The translations under genes were made by a program, and so were the position numbers. Source: Utricularia gibba (Eukaryota; Plantae; Magnoliophyta). From it: a stretch of DNA of 64,000 bases. The stretch is from the NCBI GenBank assembly GCA_002189035.1, contig NEEC01000019.1, forward strand, positions 1,984,001 through 2,048,000. The letters run 5' to 3'. The notes under the pieces are model-generated. The model saw nothing but the letters and a program-made list of their open reading frames with translations, was not told the DNA's origin and did not search any database. Below are positions 1-14,669 of this stretch, piece after piece (positions within the stretch are counted from its first letter, which is position 1; every line of letters begins with the position of its first letter).

Positions 1-1
1 T

Positions 2-2833
2 TTAATTGATTCTCCAGGACACATGGATTTCTGTAGCGAGGTTTCCACTGCTGCACGCGTGAGCGATGGTGCACTGGTTTTGGTGGATGCTGTTGAGGGT
101 GTTCATATCCAGACGCATGCTGTTATGCGTCAAGCGTGGATTGAGAAACTGACCCCTTGTTTAGTATTGAATAAGATTGATAGACTGATTTCCGAGTTAA
201 GATTGACTCCTATGGAAGCTTATAATCGATTATTAAGGATAATCCATGAGGTTAATGGGATAGTGAGTGCCTACAAGTCTGAGAAATACTTATCTGATGT
301 AGATTCAATTCTTTTCGTTACTCCATCCAGTGAAGGTGAAATTAATTACGAGCTCATTGAGGATGATGAGGAGGATACTTTTCAACCTCAAAAAGGAAAT
401 GTGGTCTTTGCTTGTGCCCTAGATGGATGGGGGTTTGGGATATGTGACTTTGCTGATCTTTATGCATCTAAGCTTGGAGCTAGCACAACAGCGTTGCAGA
501 AGGCACTTTGGGGGCCTAGATATTACATCGCAAAGACTAAAACAATTGTTGGCAAGAAAGGAGTTAGCAATATTGCAAAGGCAAAGCCTATGTTCGTGCA
601 ATTTGTTTTGGACCCACTTTGGCAGGTTTTTCATGCTACTTTGGAACCTGATGGTGATAGGGGATTACTTGAAAAACTTATCAAATCCTTTGGTTTATCT
701 GTACCATCTCGTGATCTTCAAAATAAAGATCCAAAAGCTGTACTGCAGGCTGTCCTGAGTCGTTGGCTTCCTTTATCAGATGCAATATTGTCTATGGTTG
801 TCAAGTGCATGCCTGACCCTGTGGCAGCTCAATCTTTCCGCATTCAGAGGTTGCTGCCAAAACAAGATATCGATAAAAATGGGGAAAGCAGTAATATTCT
901 TGATGAAGCCAATTCTACTAGAAAATCTGTTGAGGCTTGTGATTGCAGCCCTTCTGCGCCATGCATTGCATTTGTCTCTAAAATGTTTGCGCTTCCAATA
1001 TCAATGCTTCCTCGTGGAGAGGTTTTGGACACTATGACTGATGATAGCGCATCAGGCGAGTTCTTTCTTGCATTTGCCAGGGTTTTTAGCGGGGTGTTCA
1101 CTAAAGGCCAGAGAGTTTTTGTGCTTTCTTCATTGTATGATCCACTTAAGGTGGGTTCAAATCAGAAGCATATTCAAGAAGCTGAGTTGCAAGGCTTATA
1201 TCTCATGATGGGTCAAGGACTCAAGCCCATTGCTTCTGCAAAGGCAGGCAGCATTGTTGCCATACGAGGTCTTGGGCAGCACATATTGAAGAGCGCCACT
1301 CTTTCGTCGACAGTTAATGCATGGCCTTTCTCAAGCATGGTTTTCCAAGTTTCACCTACACTGAGAGTGGCAATAGAGCCATCTGATCCTGGGGACATTA
1401 GTGCGCTTAGCAAAGGACTGCGGCTCTTAAATCGTGCTGACCCATTTGTGGAGGTCACGGTTTCTGCAAGGGGCGAGCATGTTCTTGCAGCAGCTGGAGA
1501 AGTTCACCTGGAGAGATGCATAAAAGATTTGAAGGAGAGGTTTGCAAAAGTTAGTTTAGAAGTCTCTCCTCCTCTTGTTTCTTACAAAGAGACAATTCAG
1601 GGTGATGCTGCATATCCTTGGGAAAATCACAAGCTGTTAACTTGCACCTCTGACTTCGTGGAAAGGACAACGCCCAATGGGCGAGGTGTTGTTCGTGTGC
1701 AGGTTCTTAAACTTCCCAATCCTCTCACGGAGCTTCTTGATAAAAGTTCTGAATTACTTGGAGAATTAATCAGAGGAAACTCTAAACAGACCGATAAAAT
1801 CCTAGGAACATCAGTAAGCAGTTCAGAGGATGGTAACCTAACTGAGACACTGAAGGAGAAAATGGTCGAGGCAGTGGAAAATGATATTTCAGCTAGAGTA
1901 AATGAGGTCGGAGGTGATAAGATTGAGAAGTATAGAAAGGAGTGGAGTAATATTTTCAGGAGAATATGGGCACTTGGTCCGAGTGAAGTTGGCCCCAATA
2001 TTCTTTTAACTCCTGGAAAGGGAAAAACGTTGGACGGTGCTGCTCTTATTAGTGGCCCCCCTCATGTATCTGAGAAGCTAGGTTTTTGTGATGCCGGTGA
2101 GAGTCAGAGTTCTTCGTCAGAATCATCTGTTACTGAAGAAATGTTGCTGAAAGAAGCCGAGAATCTGGAGAGCAGTGTGCTGTCTGGATTTCAGTTGGCC
2201 ACTTCCTCTGGTCCCTTATGTGATGAACCTATGTGGGGCTTGGCCTTCATTGTGGAAGCCATCATTTCTCCGGTTGATCATCAGCCGTTGACAGATGATG
2301 CTGTTTCCTATCAGCAACCTGATCAGTACGGATTATTTGCTGGCCAGGTTATGACAGCAGTTAAAGAAGCTTGTCGAGCAGCCGTACTCAAAGGCAAACC
2401 TAGACTCGTTGAAGCATGGTACTTCTGTGAACTGAACACCCCCACAGAACATCTGGGATCAATGTACGCTGTCCTGGCTCGAAGAAGGGCTAGAGTTATC
2501 AAAGAAGAGATGCAGGAAGGTTCCTCCCTCTTCACTGTACATGCATATGTTCCGGTTGCAGAGAGTTTTGGCTTTGCGGATGAGCTGAGACGATGGACGT
2601 CCGGAGCATCCAGCGCACTGCTGGTTTTCAGTCACTGGGAAACACTCAACGAGGACCCCTTCTTCGTGCCTAAAACAGAAGAGGAAGTCGAGGAGTATGG
2701 AGATGGCTCCAGCGTGCCCCAGAACATGGCAAGAAAGCTTATCGATGCTGTGAGGAGGCGAAAAGGTCTGCCAGTTGAGGAGAAAGTCGTCCAACATGCG
2801 ACCAAGCAGAGAACATTGGCCCGCAAAGTCTAG
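2..2833 (+). CDS. EFL1: Elongation factor-like GTPase 1 (EFL1/RIA1, 60S maturation); single exon, 5' part lies outside the window
   Basis: The frame is open from nt 2 (LIDSPGHMDF = G3 DxxG) and contains the G4 motif NKID, GEVHLERCIKDL, and the EFL1-type C-terminus GFADELRRWTSG...HATKQRTLARKV; TAG at 2831-2833. Confidence 0.95.
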   Translation, partial: LIDSPGHMDFCSEVSTAARVSDGALVLVDAVEGVHIQTHAVMRQAWIEKLTPCLVLNKIDRLISELRLTPMEAYNRLLRIIHEVNGIVSAYKSEKYLSDVDSILFVTPSSEGEINYELIEDDEEDTFQPQKGNVVFACALDGWGFGICDFADLYASKLGASTTALQKALWGPRYYIAKTKTIVGKKGVSNIAKAKPMFVQFVLDPLWQVFHATLEPDGDRGLLEKLIKSFGLSVPSRDLQNKDPKAVLQAVLSRWLPLSDAILSMVVKCMPDPVAAQSFRIQRLLPKQDIDKNGESSNILDEANSTRKSVEACDCSPSAPCIAFVSKMFALPISMLPRGEVLDTMTDDSASGEFFLAFARVFSGVFTKGQRVFVLSSLYDPLKVGSNQKHIQEAELQGLYLMMGQGLKPIASAKAGSIVAIRGLGQHILKSATLSSTVNAWPFSSMVFQVSPTLRVAIEPSDPGDISALSKGLRLLNRADPFVEVTVSARGEHVLAAAGEVHLERCIKDLKERFAKVSLEVSPPLVSYKETIQGDAAYPWENHKLLTCTSDFVERTTPNGRGVVRVQVLKLPNPLTELLDKSSELLGELIRGNSKQTDKILGTSVSSSEDGNLTETLKEKMVEAVENDISARVNEVGGDKIEKYRKEWSNIFRRIWALGPSEVGPNILLTPGKGKTLDGAALISGPPHVSEKLGFCDAGESQSSSSESSVTEEMLLKEAENLESSVLSGFQLATSSGPLCDEPMWGLAFIVEAIISPVDHQPLTDDAVSYQQPDQYGLFAGQVMTAVKEACRAAVLKGKPRLVEAWYFCELNTPTEHLGSMYAVLARRRARVIKEEMQEGSSLFTVHAYVPVAESFGFADELRRWTSGASSALLVFSHWETLNEDPFFVPKTEEEVEEYGDGSSVPQNMARKLIDAVRRRKGLPVEEKVVQHATKQRTLARKV

Positions 2834-3342
2834 CCAGAAGACCAATTTTGGTATATCATCAAATGGCTCATGATAATTTTTTTTTATAAAAATTAAGTTG
2901 TTTAATTTTTTTATTAAATATAATAATTTTGTACTTTTAAAGTTATTAAATTTCAATTTTTATTTTTTTAAATATTATTTTGAAAAAATATTTCTCAATA
3001 ATTTATATCAAACGGATCAAATATTTCTTTCTAATAAAAAAATAACATGCGGTTGTTTTTTTTGGTCAAATAACGTGGAATTTTTAATTTTTGTATTCCT
3101 CCCTTTTTATATTGCTAAAATGAAAATGCATGCACAAGGTAATATTAATTTATTTAAATATTATTTTTTCGAGTACAACATGGGAGCGTGCAATATTTCT
3201 CCTCTATTTACGTTTCTGATATCTGACGATCGAACCCTAGCTATCCCAAATCAGGCTTACCGTGGCGGGTGATTTTGTTGGAGGAACAGCAGAATCGCGG
3301 AGGCGAGATGGAGTGAGTGATCGGATGAGGTGACAGTTAATT

Positions 3343-5720
3343 ATGGGAGCGACGGGTTCGAAGCTGGAGAAGGCATTGGGCGACCAATTTCCTGAGGGCG
3401 AGCGCTACTTTGGACTTGAGAATTTCGGAAACACGTGTTACTGCAACAGCGTTCTTCAGGTTTTCTGGCTTGTTGAGTTATTTTAGTTATGTTGTTGGGG
3501 CCGATTGTGCTCCTGTATTTCCCCTCTACTTGGGCGAATTTATTCATGCGTGACCCTGATCGCCAAAGTCGCGTTTTTTTTTCCCCAAAGCGGGAGTTTA
3601 TGAAGTTCCGTTAAGGTTGTTCTCGGTTGCATGTTTTTCACAATTAATGCTAATGAGTATATGAGTATCATGATAGCGGTACTGTTAGAATGTGTTACCT
3701 GATCGTCATGTTCGTCATATCTTGAACAAACTGCGAGGTTTTTTGTTATTCTGGTACCAAATCGTTTCTGGTATTCTACTACTGATTACTTCTGTAGATG
3801 AGACCATCTTGCCCTGATCTATTTCCACACCTCCCTGAAATTAGCAGTATCCATTTGCTGGTTCTTTTTTGTTTTCCGACACCTAGGATGTGAATCCTTT
3901 TCACTATTTTTTCGTCTTGGATTCAACATTGTTCTTTATTCTAATTGCTTCTTCCTATTTTCATGTACTTATTCCCACAATATCATTGAAATTCTTCTTT
4001 GCAATAATAATTGTTGCTTTTTTAGGCACTCTATTTCTGTGTTCCTTTTCGGGAACAGTTGCTGGAGTACCATTCAACTAACAAAGGTCCTATTGATGCA
4101 GAAGAAAACTTGTTAACATGCCTAGCGGACTTGTTTTTGCAGGTATTTTTTTTTTCAAAGGGTGAAATATATTGATGTGCAGTATACAACTGATTTAGGA
4201 TTCTGGATTATGGATGTGCATTATGCCACTCATTCCGTAAACTGAGTAGTCTGTGGTCGGAGTATATGTGTATGTATTCATGGCTTTTTGTGAACTTTAA
4301 TTGTATGCTTGTTGATGCAGTGTCTCCAATTTGTTTTCCACCTAATATGTTGCTGTTCTCTAAGTTTCAGATTAATTTTTATTCCTAATTTTATTTGTAG
4401 ATTAGTACACAGAAGAAGAAAACTGGTGTTCTTGCTCCAAAACGTTTTGTTCAGCGTCTGAGGAAGCAAAATGAAATTTTTCGCAGTTACATGCACCAGG
4501 TTTTTCCATTGATCTTCCTTAAAAAATATATTTTCGATCCTCATTATGCTTTCGTTATATACACCTATGCTTGTTCTTTGCCCTTAGAGCTCAGTGGTTT
4601 TTATTTCTTTTCAAAGTGTAATGAGTTGAGATGATGTTTTATGTGCAGGATGCTCACGAGTTCTTGAATTATTTGCTGAATGAGCTTGTTGACATCGTGG
4701 AGAAAGAAGCTGGAGCTGCCAAAAGTGATCAAGAAACTTCTCAGAATGGACCAAAAAATGGGGTTTCCAATGGCCATCATAAGGAGCCCCTTATTACCTG
4801 GGTGCACAAAAGTTTCCAGGTGAGTTGAGTTTGGTGGTTATCATTGAATTGGAACCTTTCTGAATTGTCAGTCAGGTGTATCAATGTGTAATTCTATGTT
4901 GGGTAAGGGTGTCTTCTCTGTTGTCTGTTTGTTTTGTTTTTCTTGTGGCAGTGGGATCTTTCTTGAAAATATGTTGTTAAATTGGCTGTCGTTTTTGTCA
5001 TTCACTTCCATATTATGTGACGGCCCAGGGATTATTGACGAATGAAACAAGGTGCTTATGCTGTGAGACAGTGACGGCAAGAGATGAAACGTTTCTTGAC
5101 TTGAGCCTTGATATTGAGCAGAATAGTTCAATTACTAGTTGCCTTAAAAACTTCAGCTCCACCGAAACATTGAATGCTGAGGACAAATTCTTCTGTGATA
5201 AATGCTGCAGGTTAGTCGTGTTTTTTTCTCATAAAGACTGTGACAATCTTTTACCTCTCTTTGCAAAAGACTGAACCCCGCTTTACAGAGAATAAGGATT
5301 GTTTTGCATTGCAGCTTGCAAGAGGCACAAAAAAGAATGAAGATAAAAAGGCCACCCCAGATTCTAGTCATACATCTGAAAAGATTCAAGTACATAGAAC
5401 AGTTGGGACGCTATAAGAAGCTGTCATATCGCGTTGTGTTCCCTCTGGAGCTCAAACTCAGCAACACAGTCGAAGATGCAGATGCTGAGTACTCATTGTT
5501 TGCTGTTGTGGTCCATGTGGGAAGCGGTCCCAACCATGGCCACTATGTAAGTCTTGTAAAGAGCCACAACCATTGGTTGTTTTTTGATGACGAAAACGTC
5601 GAGATGATCGACGAATCAGCCGTCCAAACATTCTTCGGGTCATCCCAAGAGTACTCCAGTAACACAGATCATGGCTACATCTTGCTCTATGAACGGCTCA
5701 TCCCCAGTTCCAGCTCCTGA
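3343..5720 (+). CDS. UBP3/UBP4: Ubiquitin-specific protease UBP3/UBP4 (USP12/46 type); 6 exons approx. 3343-3459, 4026-4142, 4401-4499, 4649-4819, 5029-5210, 5315-5720
   Basis: N-terminus [39 protein letters not shown] (Cys box, MGxxxS myristoylation-type start), MHQ|DAHEFLN, His box [15 protein letters not shown]; GT-AG junctions keep the frame. Confidence 0.95.
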
Positions 5721-6472
5721 TATAGCCACCCCGTTGTCAGCCTATTGGTGAGCATATCTTGCCCCATCCCCTGTACTGCTTTTTTCTTCACGGCCGGTGC
5801 AAGTGCACTTTTTTCATGGGGCTTCTTTCCTTTTACTTTCGGAGCATTCGAGTTGTGTTCCTTGGAGACATTGTATAGTGGAGGATGCTGCTGTAGTGCA
5901 GATTGATCGGCCTCAAATAAAGGAGGAAGATGACCATGATGATGATGATGACAAATAGAGTGCAGATGATTTATAGGATGTGGACTCTGTGTAGACTGTA
6001 GATCAATAAACCTTTTTGCAAACCTTTGAAAAGGTTTTCGCCCCAAGTACTTTGTATGCTAATATTAACAATAAATCTTTTATTTTTATTATAAAAATTC
6101 AGAATATTTTGAGCTAAATGCTAATATTACTAGATGTGAAATAGACAAAATTATATACTTGTCATTTTTTAAGGATAATATTTTTTAAAAAATACGCGTA
6201 ATAGTCAAATGATATAAATTTTATTAATGATTGCATACTTATTTTATTAGTACTAATAATCTCAATATTCTACGAAATACTTATTTTTTAATATAATTAA
6301 TAGTCGGAGTTTCTTTATTTATTCATAGTAATTTGAATTACTATATGTAGGAGCATATGAGGGGGGTGACGCCGTGACGGACAGCGTTGTACGTTAATCC
6401 CTACATCAGAAATTTTCCAGCCGCTGTTTCTCTTTCCGTGCCGGCGAATCTCAAGAACCGCCGAAGGCTGGG

Positions 6473-9400
6473 ATGGCGGGAGTTGCGGCAATGAATAACC
6501 AGTTGAATATGGATGAGTGGCCCTCTTGGGGTTCCCGGAGCGTCGAATGCTTTGAAAAGCTAGAGCAGATTGGAGAAGGAACTTATGGGTTAGTTGCAAT
6601 TTGTGTATGATTTGGATGCTTAAATTTGAGATGCCCGCATGACCTTCTGGGTATCGTGGTTACAGGGTTGATTGGGTTTTTTGGCACGTTGTATTTTATT
6701 GAGGGGCAGTTTATTTCTGTATTTTTTGGTGTTGGAATCGTTTCCGATCTGTTCCCTTTTAGATGAGGCAAATTAACGAGCCCTAGGGCTGACTTTGAGC
6801 ATTCAGTGGTTGTGCGTGTTACAGTCAACTGTATTGCGTATGCCGAGTAGGGTTTTATTGGTGTGGTAATTGCAGAAATAATGTAAATTTTGCGGTCAGC
6901 TTGTCGTGTAGTCTGAATGTGTTCTATTTGTATGTGACAAATGTGAAGCATGCCTGAGTAAAATCATTCTGTTGTCTCATTCCACTCATCCCAAGGTAAT
7001 ACTTTAATTGGCTGAGTAGTGGAGAAGTGTAAAATTGGACAGATAGCTATATAGCTTATTCAAACTCTAAAAACAACATCTATGCGAGAGATGGCAGAGG
7101 TATCCCGTGTATGGGTAAATGGTTCTTGTCACATAGTTTGCTTTTGCTGAAGCTAACTTTGGACTCTCTTTCTCGTATTATTCGCTTGAATTATTTGACT
7201 AGTCTATTTTTTCTTCGTGTATCTAATTTTTTTTCATGCTTCATACAGCCAGGTCTACATGGCTAAAGAAAAGGAAACTGGTGATATTGTTGCGCTTAAA
7301 AAGATACGCATGGACAATGAGAAAGAAGGGGTACGTGTTCAGTCCGTTTCATTGGAACGTTTATTCAAATTTTGTCTTAAACGCCGTTGTTTCTTTCTTT
7401 CTTTTTTTTTCTCTTTCCCATTTTTGCAGTTCCCTATTACTGCAATTCGAGAAATCAAGATCTTGAAGAAGTTGCATCATGAAAATGTTATTAAGTTGAA
7501 AGAGATAGTGTCATCTCCTGGTAATTCCTTTTTAATGCAAGTTTTCGGAGAATTATCTTTGTCTATGGTGCTTTGTAATATGATTTTTTATTGCTTTGTA
7601 GGTCGTGAAGATGATGAGAATGGAAAGCCTGGTAATAATTAAACGTTAGTCGTATGATATGACCTCTAAATTGAGCTAAATGCTATGTTGTTATAACTGC
7701 AGACAATAACAAGTACAAGGGTAACATCTACATGGTCTTTGAGTACATGGACCATGACTTAACTGGCCTTGCTGATCGTCCTGGTTTAAGATTTACAGTT
7801 CCTCAGATAAAAGTACACAAATAAGCGAACATTAATGAACTCTAAATTTATGTGCGGAATTATGACCATCGACATTTATCTGCAGTGTTATATGAAGCAG
7901 TTGCTCACCGGTCTTCATTATTGTCATGTGCATCAAGTTCTTCACAGGGATATTAAAGGTTTTGCGTGTACCCATTTTTCTTTCTTTGTTGGTATACTTT
8001 AAGATGTATTAGGTTATATGCAATTGCTCTGCAGGGTCAAATCTTCTGATTGACAATGAGGGGAATCTGAAGCTCGCTGATTTTGGCCTTGCACGCTCTT
8101 TTTCCAATGCTGTAAATGCCAACCTTACAAATCGTGTAATTACGTTGTGGTATAGGTAATATATATGTGTCGTGCTCATGATGAACTTTATTCTTTCTTA
8201 GCTCTAGATTGAGTTTGGTCGAAATTTCACATCCTGTGTTGTTTAGACCTCCAGAGTTGCTTCTAGGTGCCACGAAATATGGCCCTGCTGTTGACATGTG
8301 GTCCGTTGGCTGCATTTTCGCTGAGCTGTTGTATGGGAAACCAATACTACCAGGGAAAACTGAGGTTAGTATCATCTTTATCATCAAGTGGATTAGTGAT
8401 AGCGTCTATAGCATCACGCTAAAGGCTGCGCGATTTCCCTTGTCATTTACTAGAAACTATAAACTTCGTGGCATTGCAATTTGGCATGCGCATTCTTTTC
8501 CTGCCAAAACATTTTGCAGCTCTCCATACTTGATTTTCATGCTCATGTACGTGTGCTTGTATAATCATGCATTTTCCAACGTGGCAGCCAGAACAGTTAA
8601 ACAAAATATTTGAGCTATGTGGTACACCTGATGAGGTTTCTTGGCCTGGTGTCTCCAAGATACCATGGTATCATAAGTTTAAGCCCGCTCATCAGATGAA
8701 AAAGAGAATTCGGGAGGTCTTCAGACAGTTAAGGACACAGAGTATATTGATTACTTGTTGTATGCTCTGCTCGAATTGTTGTTTCATAAAATGCTTATTT
8801 GCAATGCAGCTTTGACCGGCATGCTCTAGATCTGTTGGAAAAAATGTTGGTTCTTGACCCCGCCCAGGTATGTTATTTCTTAAAAACCAACTGCATATTT
8901 ATGTCTCGTTCTGTGGTTTCGATTTTTCTCACGGCGTTCTGTTTGAATGCTTAAAACCAAGTTGATTAGAGCGTTTTTCTGTCTGGGATCTATAGAGGAT
9001 TTCAGCGAAGGATGCCCTGGATGCCGAATATTTCTGGGTCAATCCGTTGCCATGTGATCCAAAAAGGTATGCTAAACATTCAGTGGTTTCCTTGTAATTT
9101 CGTTAAGTTTATGCATCCACAAAGTGAATACTAAGGATTTGGAATTGCCGTCTACTGAGCTAACCTTTTTTCTCAGTTTGCCGAAATATGAATCGTCTCA
9201 TGAGTTCCAGACGAAGAAAAGGCGACAACAGCAAAGACAAAATGAAGAAGCCGCAAAAAGACAGAAGCTGCCACATCCGCAGCAACATGCTCGTTTGCCT
9301 CCTATCCAACAGACTGGTCAGCCGCATCCTCAGAACTGGAATACTTCCGGTCACCAAATGAACAATCCTGCTGCAGGTGGGGTAAGCCATCATCACTATG

Positions 9401-9681
9401 GAAAGCAGCCTCACGGCCCTCCCGGCGGCAATAGCCGATACCCTGCAGGTGGGACTGCTGCTGGTGGTTACTACCAAGATCGTGGAAATTATCCTGGTGG
9501 ACCATATCCACAACCAGTGAGAGGGCCGCCTCCATATCCAGGGAGCAGTGCTCCAAATGCCCACAGAGGTAGTTCAGCCGGATACGGTGCACCTCCGAGC
9601 TACCCGCAGGGAGGACAGTACGGAGGCTCTGGTGGTCGGAATTCGAACCCCCCTGGTGGCAACAGAAACCAGTACGGTTGA
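6473..9681 (+). CDS. CDKC: Cyclin-dependent kinase C (CDK9-like CTD kinase); 12 exons
   Basis: [28 protein letters not shown] cyclin-binding motif, [24 protein letters not shown], and a Gly/Pro/Tyr/Gln-rich low-complexity tail; all junctions read in frame by eye. Confidence 0.95.
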
Positions 9682-10052
9682 GAGTGGTGGCATGTACGGT
9701 GCAATGGAAGTTCAACCGGCACCAACCCACCTGTGCAACATCAGATAACTCAATCAGATTGCTAGATGACTTGTAAAGGGACGTGGTCGTGCTCGTTAGT
9801 CGTTGTACATTTTTTTAACAGACAGTTTATTCTTCAACAGCAGAAACCAGTTCCATGTCATCATTGCTTCGCATCTCTACGTTGATAATTGAAGACAAAT
9901 GCCCCTAATTTATTAGCTCTCTGGACTCCAGGATATGTGAAAATGAATGACCGTGAAAAAAAAATTCTGTTTTCGAGTTAGATGGGGCTCGACAAGCATC
10001 AATCTTTTACATCCCCAACTTGCTCTTCGTGCGTCTCCAGTTCTCTTTGTGT

Positions 10053-11661
<1,609 letters not shown>

Positions 11662-13185
11662 ATGACTGCCGTAACTTTTCCCTTTTTCGCTTCCTCCGTT
11701 CGTTGCTCCGACAGTTCCTTCTCAATTTTCGGATTCACGCCTCACAACTGTGCGCTTGCAGGGGCCAGAATGTGTTCAGTGTCGGCCCCGCCCCTGCCGA
11801 AAAAGCGCACAGGTGTTCGAAGCAAAAGCATTCCTTCCTCCAATTCTGAAGCGGAGGACTTGGTGCGCTCTTTGATGTCGAATTTCACTGATAAGCAGCC
11901 GTTGACGAGTACCCTCAATAAGTACGTAAAGCTTTTGAGGACAGAACACTGTTTCCTGCTGTTTGAGGAGTTGGGGAAGACTGATAAATGGTTTCAATGC
12001 CTCGAGGTCTCATTCCCATCCTCATCTCTGAATCTCTTGCTTGCTTTATTCTTACTTCATTACTGTATTCTTTCCAAAGTTCCCATAGCCAATTTGCCCT
12101 TTTGAAGTCAGGTCTTCAGATGGATGCAAAAGCAAAGGTGGTATATAGCTGATAATGGTGTCTATTCAAAGTTGATTTCTGTCATGGGGAAAAAGGGCAA
12201 AACTCGTATGGCAATGTGGCTCTTCTCTGAGATGCGAAACAGTGGTTGCAGGCCAGATACTTCGGTCTACAATGCACTCATCTCAGCCCATCTTCACTCT
12301 CGTGATAAAGCGAAGGCACTGGACAAGGCTCTCGGTTATTTTGAAAAAATGAAAGGAATGGAGAGACGCCAACCTAATGTTGTAACCTACAACATTCTTC
12401 TGAGAGCTTTTGCACAGGCTAAAAATGTTGAAAAAGTTAACGCACTGTTCAAGGATCTTGATGATAGCATCATCTCCCCTGATATATTCACCTTCAATGG
12501 TGTGATGGATGCTTATGGGAAATCGGGAATGATTAGGGAAATGGAGTTGGTGCTTTCTAAAATGAAAAGCAATCAGATAAAGCCTGATGTTATTACATTC
12601 AATCTTCTGATTGATGCATATGGGAGAAAGCAGGAGTTTGATAAAATGGAGCAGGTTTTCAAGAGTTTGATGCACTCCAAGGAAAAACCTACACTTCCTA
12701 CATTTAACTCCATGATCATCAGCTACGGCAAAGCACGAGCCAGGGAGAAAGCTGAAATGGTTTACCAGAAGATGATCCAGTTGGGCTATAAACCCAGCTT
12801 CATTACTTATGAATCCCTCATCACGGCCTACGGACAATGTGACTGTGTCTCGAAGGCTCGCGAGATTTTCAACCAGATCGCTGAGACCGAGAGAGTGAAG
12901 AGAACTTCAACTTTGAATGCGATGCTGGAAGTGTACTGCATGAATTCTCTCCCCATGGAGGCTCACTTGCTTTTTGAAAGTGCACATGCTTTGAAAACGT
13001 TTCCAGCCGATCTTTCAACTTACAAGATTCTTTACAGAGCTTATACCAAATCCCAGATGAAGGAACTAGTTGATAAGTTACTAGAGCATATGGATAGCAG
13101 CGGAATCATCCCAAATAAAAAGTTTTTCTTGGATACTCTCAGTGTAACAGTACTGGGGTCTTTACCTGCTGAGAAGAGGAGTTGA
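11662..13185 (+). CDS. PPR5: Plastid P-class pentatricopeptide repeat protein, PPR5/EMB2453-like; 2 exons (11662-12006, 12112-13185)
   Basis: Ser-rich transit-like N-terminus, CFLLFEELGKTDKWFQCLE|VFRWMQKQRWYIADNGVYSKLISVMG, and tandem 35-aa repeats (PDTSVYNALI, PNVVTYNILL, PDIFTFNGVM, PDVITFNLLI, PTLPTFNSMI). Confidence 0.85.
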
Positions 13186-14210
13186 TCAATGGAACAATAT
13201 ATGAGTTCCATACTGTAAGTTTTTCCCGGATTCCCAAATATTGAAAAGTTCTGAGGCGAAAAGAAATGCAGTTTAATCAACTAGAGTCATCTGCTATATG
13301 TCTCATACTGCAAGTTTAATTAACTGCAGTCTCCTAGGTTGTTGCTCTTGGAATTTACTTATACTCGTTGTATATTCGTTCAATCTATTGGATCCTAAAT
13401 TTGTTCATTTTGATCAACTAGAGTCATCTGGTAGGGGCTCATCCAGCATGTGCCACATTGCCCCATCGACTTTGTATCATGGAATCTCATGAGGCCATTG
13501 TCACATAGCCTCCACTAAACCTCATGGCATGGTTGCCACATGATACATGATCCTTATACCCTCATGGGGCATCTCTTCATCGGGCAGGTATTATTTTATG
13601 TTGATTTTGGACCGCAGCAACAATTTTATTTCATAATGTAGATGACAAGGGACTATCAATTTAATTGTTTGATTAAAAAAATACCAAATCTTTTTGTTAA
13701 CTCTATTATTTAAATCCCTCCCTCTTTTTTTTTTAATTTCATGAAAACGAACTGTTGAAATTATTAAGATATGAAGATAAATATATTATTAATTTACTAG
13801 CCATGTGAACATCATAATGAATTAGGTTGGTTGGGGACTTCATATATTATCATCAATTTCCTATAATTAATTGCCCACCTTATGCCCTTCTCTGTGCTTT
13901 TTAAAATTAATCCTTAATTTAAATAAATAATTATGTGATTAGGGCAGACGAGTCCATTTCCGGAATTTTAATTATGCGATTTAATTTATGTTCAACAATT
14001 GTTTAATGAAAACAGAGATTGGATACGAGATAAGCGTTTATTTTAATAATAAAAAATAGGATGTCCATTTAATACATAATTTTTGAATTAAATTTGCAGG
14101 AGATCAATAGGGTTTTGGTCTGAAAGTGGGATTATTGACATTTTTGTCCACGGGGATACATAAATTCATGTATGTACGGATGGCATCTTGTTATTACCGA
14201 AGTAGAAACC

Positions 14211-14669
14211 TTAGGCGGAGGTGTTGCTAAGAAGGCCGTACCACACGAGACAGAGATCTTCATCGTCGGAGTCTTCATCCTGGCGGCGGCGGCGCTGTTG
14301 GGAGGCCACCTCCTCCGGCAACAAGCTCCGCCGGCAGAGGGGACAGGTGGATGCTTCCCTGAGAAGCCACGTCTCGAGACACGATTTGTGGAACGTGTGC
14401 CTGCACTCCGTTTGCCTCAACGCGTCGCCATCTTCGCACGCAGACAAGCAAACTCCGCACTCCAACGGCTCCCCGCCGACCTCCGCCGCGTAGCTGCATG
14501 AGGGAGCTTTCCAGTCAATGACCTTGAGTAGCTGCACGGTGGCTGTCGACCGCTGCCGCCGGAGATAGTCTCTGACGCCGCCGTAAACGGAGTAGACAAA
14601 TTGGATAAAGAAGACAGAGATATAAAAGACGCCATAATAAGTCAACAAGTGGGATGTAGAAGACGCCAT
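14211..14669 (-). CDS. RING-H2 E3 ligase with N-terminal hydrophobic segment (RHA/ATL-like), copy 1; intronless
   Basis: C-x2-C...C-x-H-x2-H-x2-C...C-x2-C pattern (CGVC...CRHTFHKSC...CPLC), acidic tail. Confidence 0.9.
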   Translation of the reverse strand: MASSTSHLLTYYGVFYISVFFIQFVYSVYGGVRDYLRRQRSTATVQLLKVIDWKAPSCSYAAEVGGEPLECGVCLSACEDGDALRQTECRHTFHKSCLETWLLREASTCPLCRRSLLPEEVASQQRRRRQDEDSDDEDLCLVWYGLLSNTSA

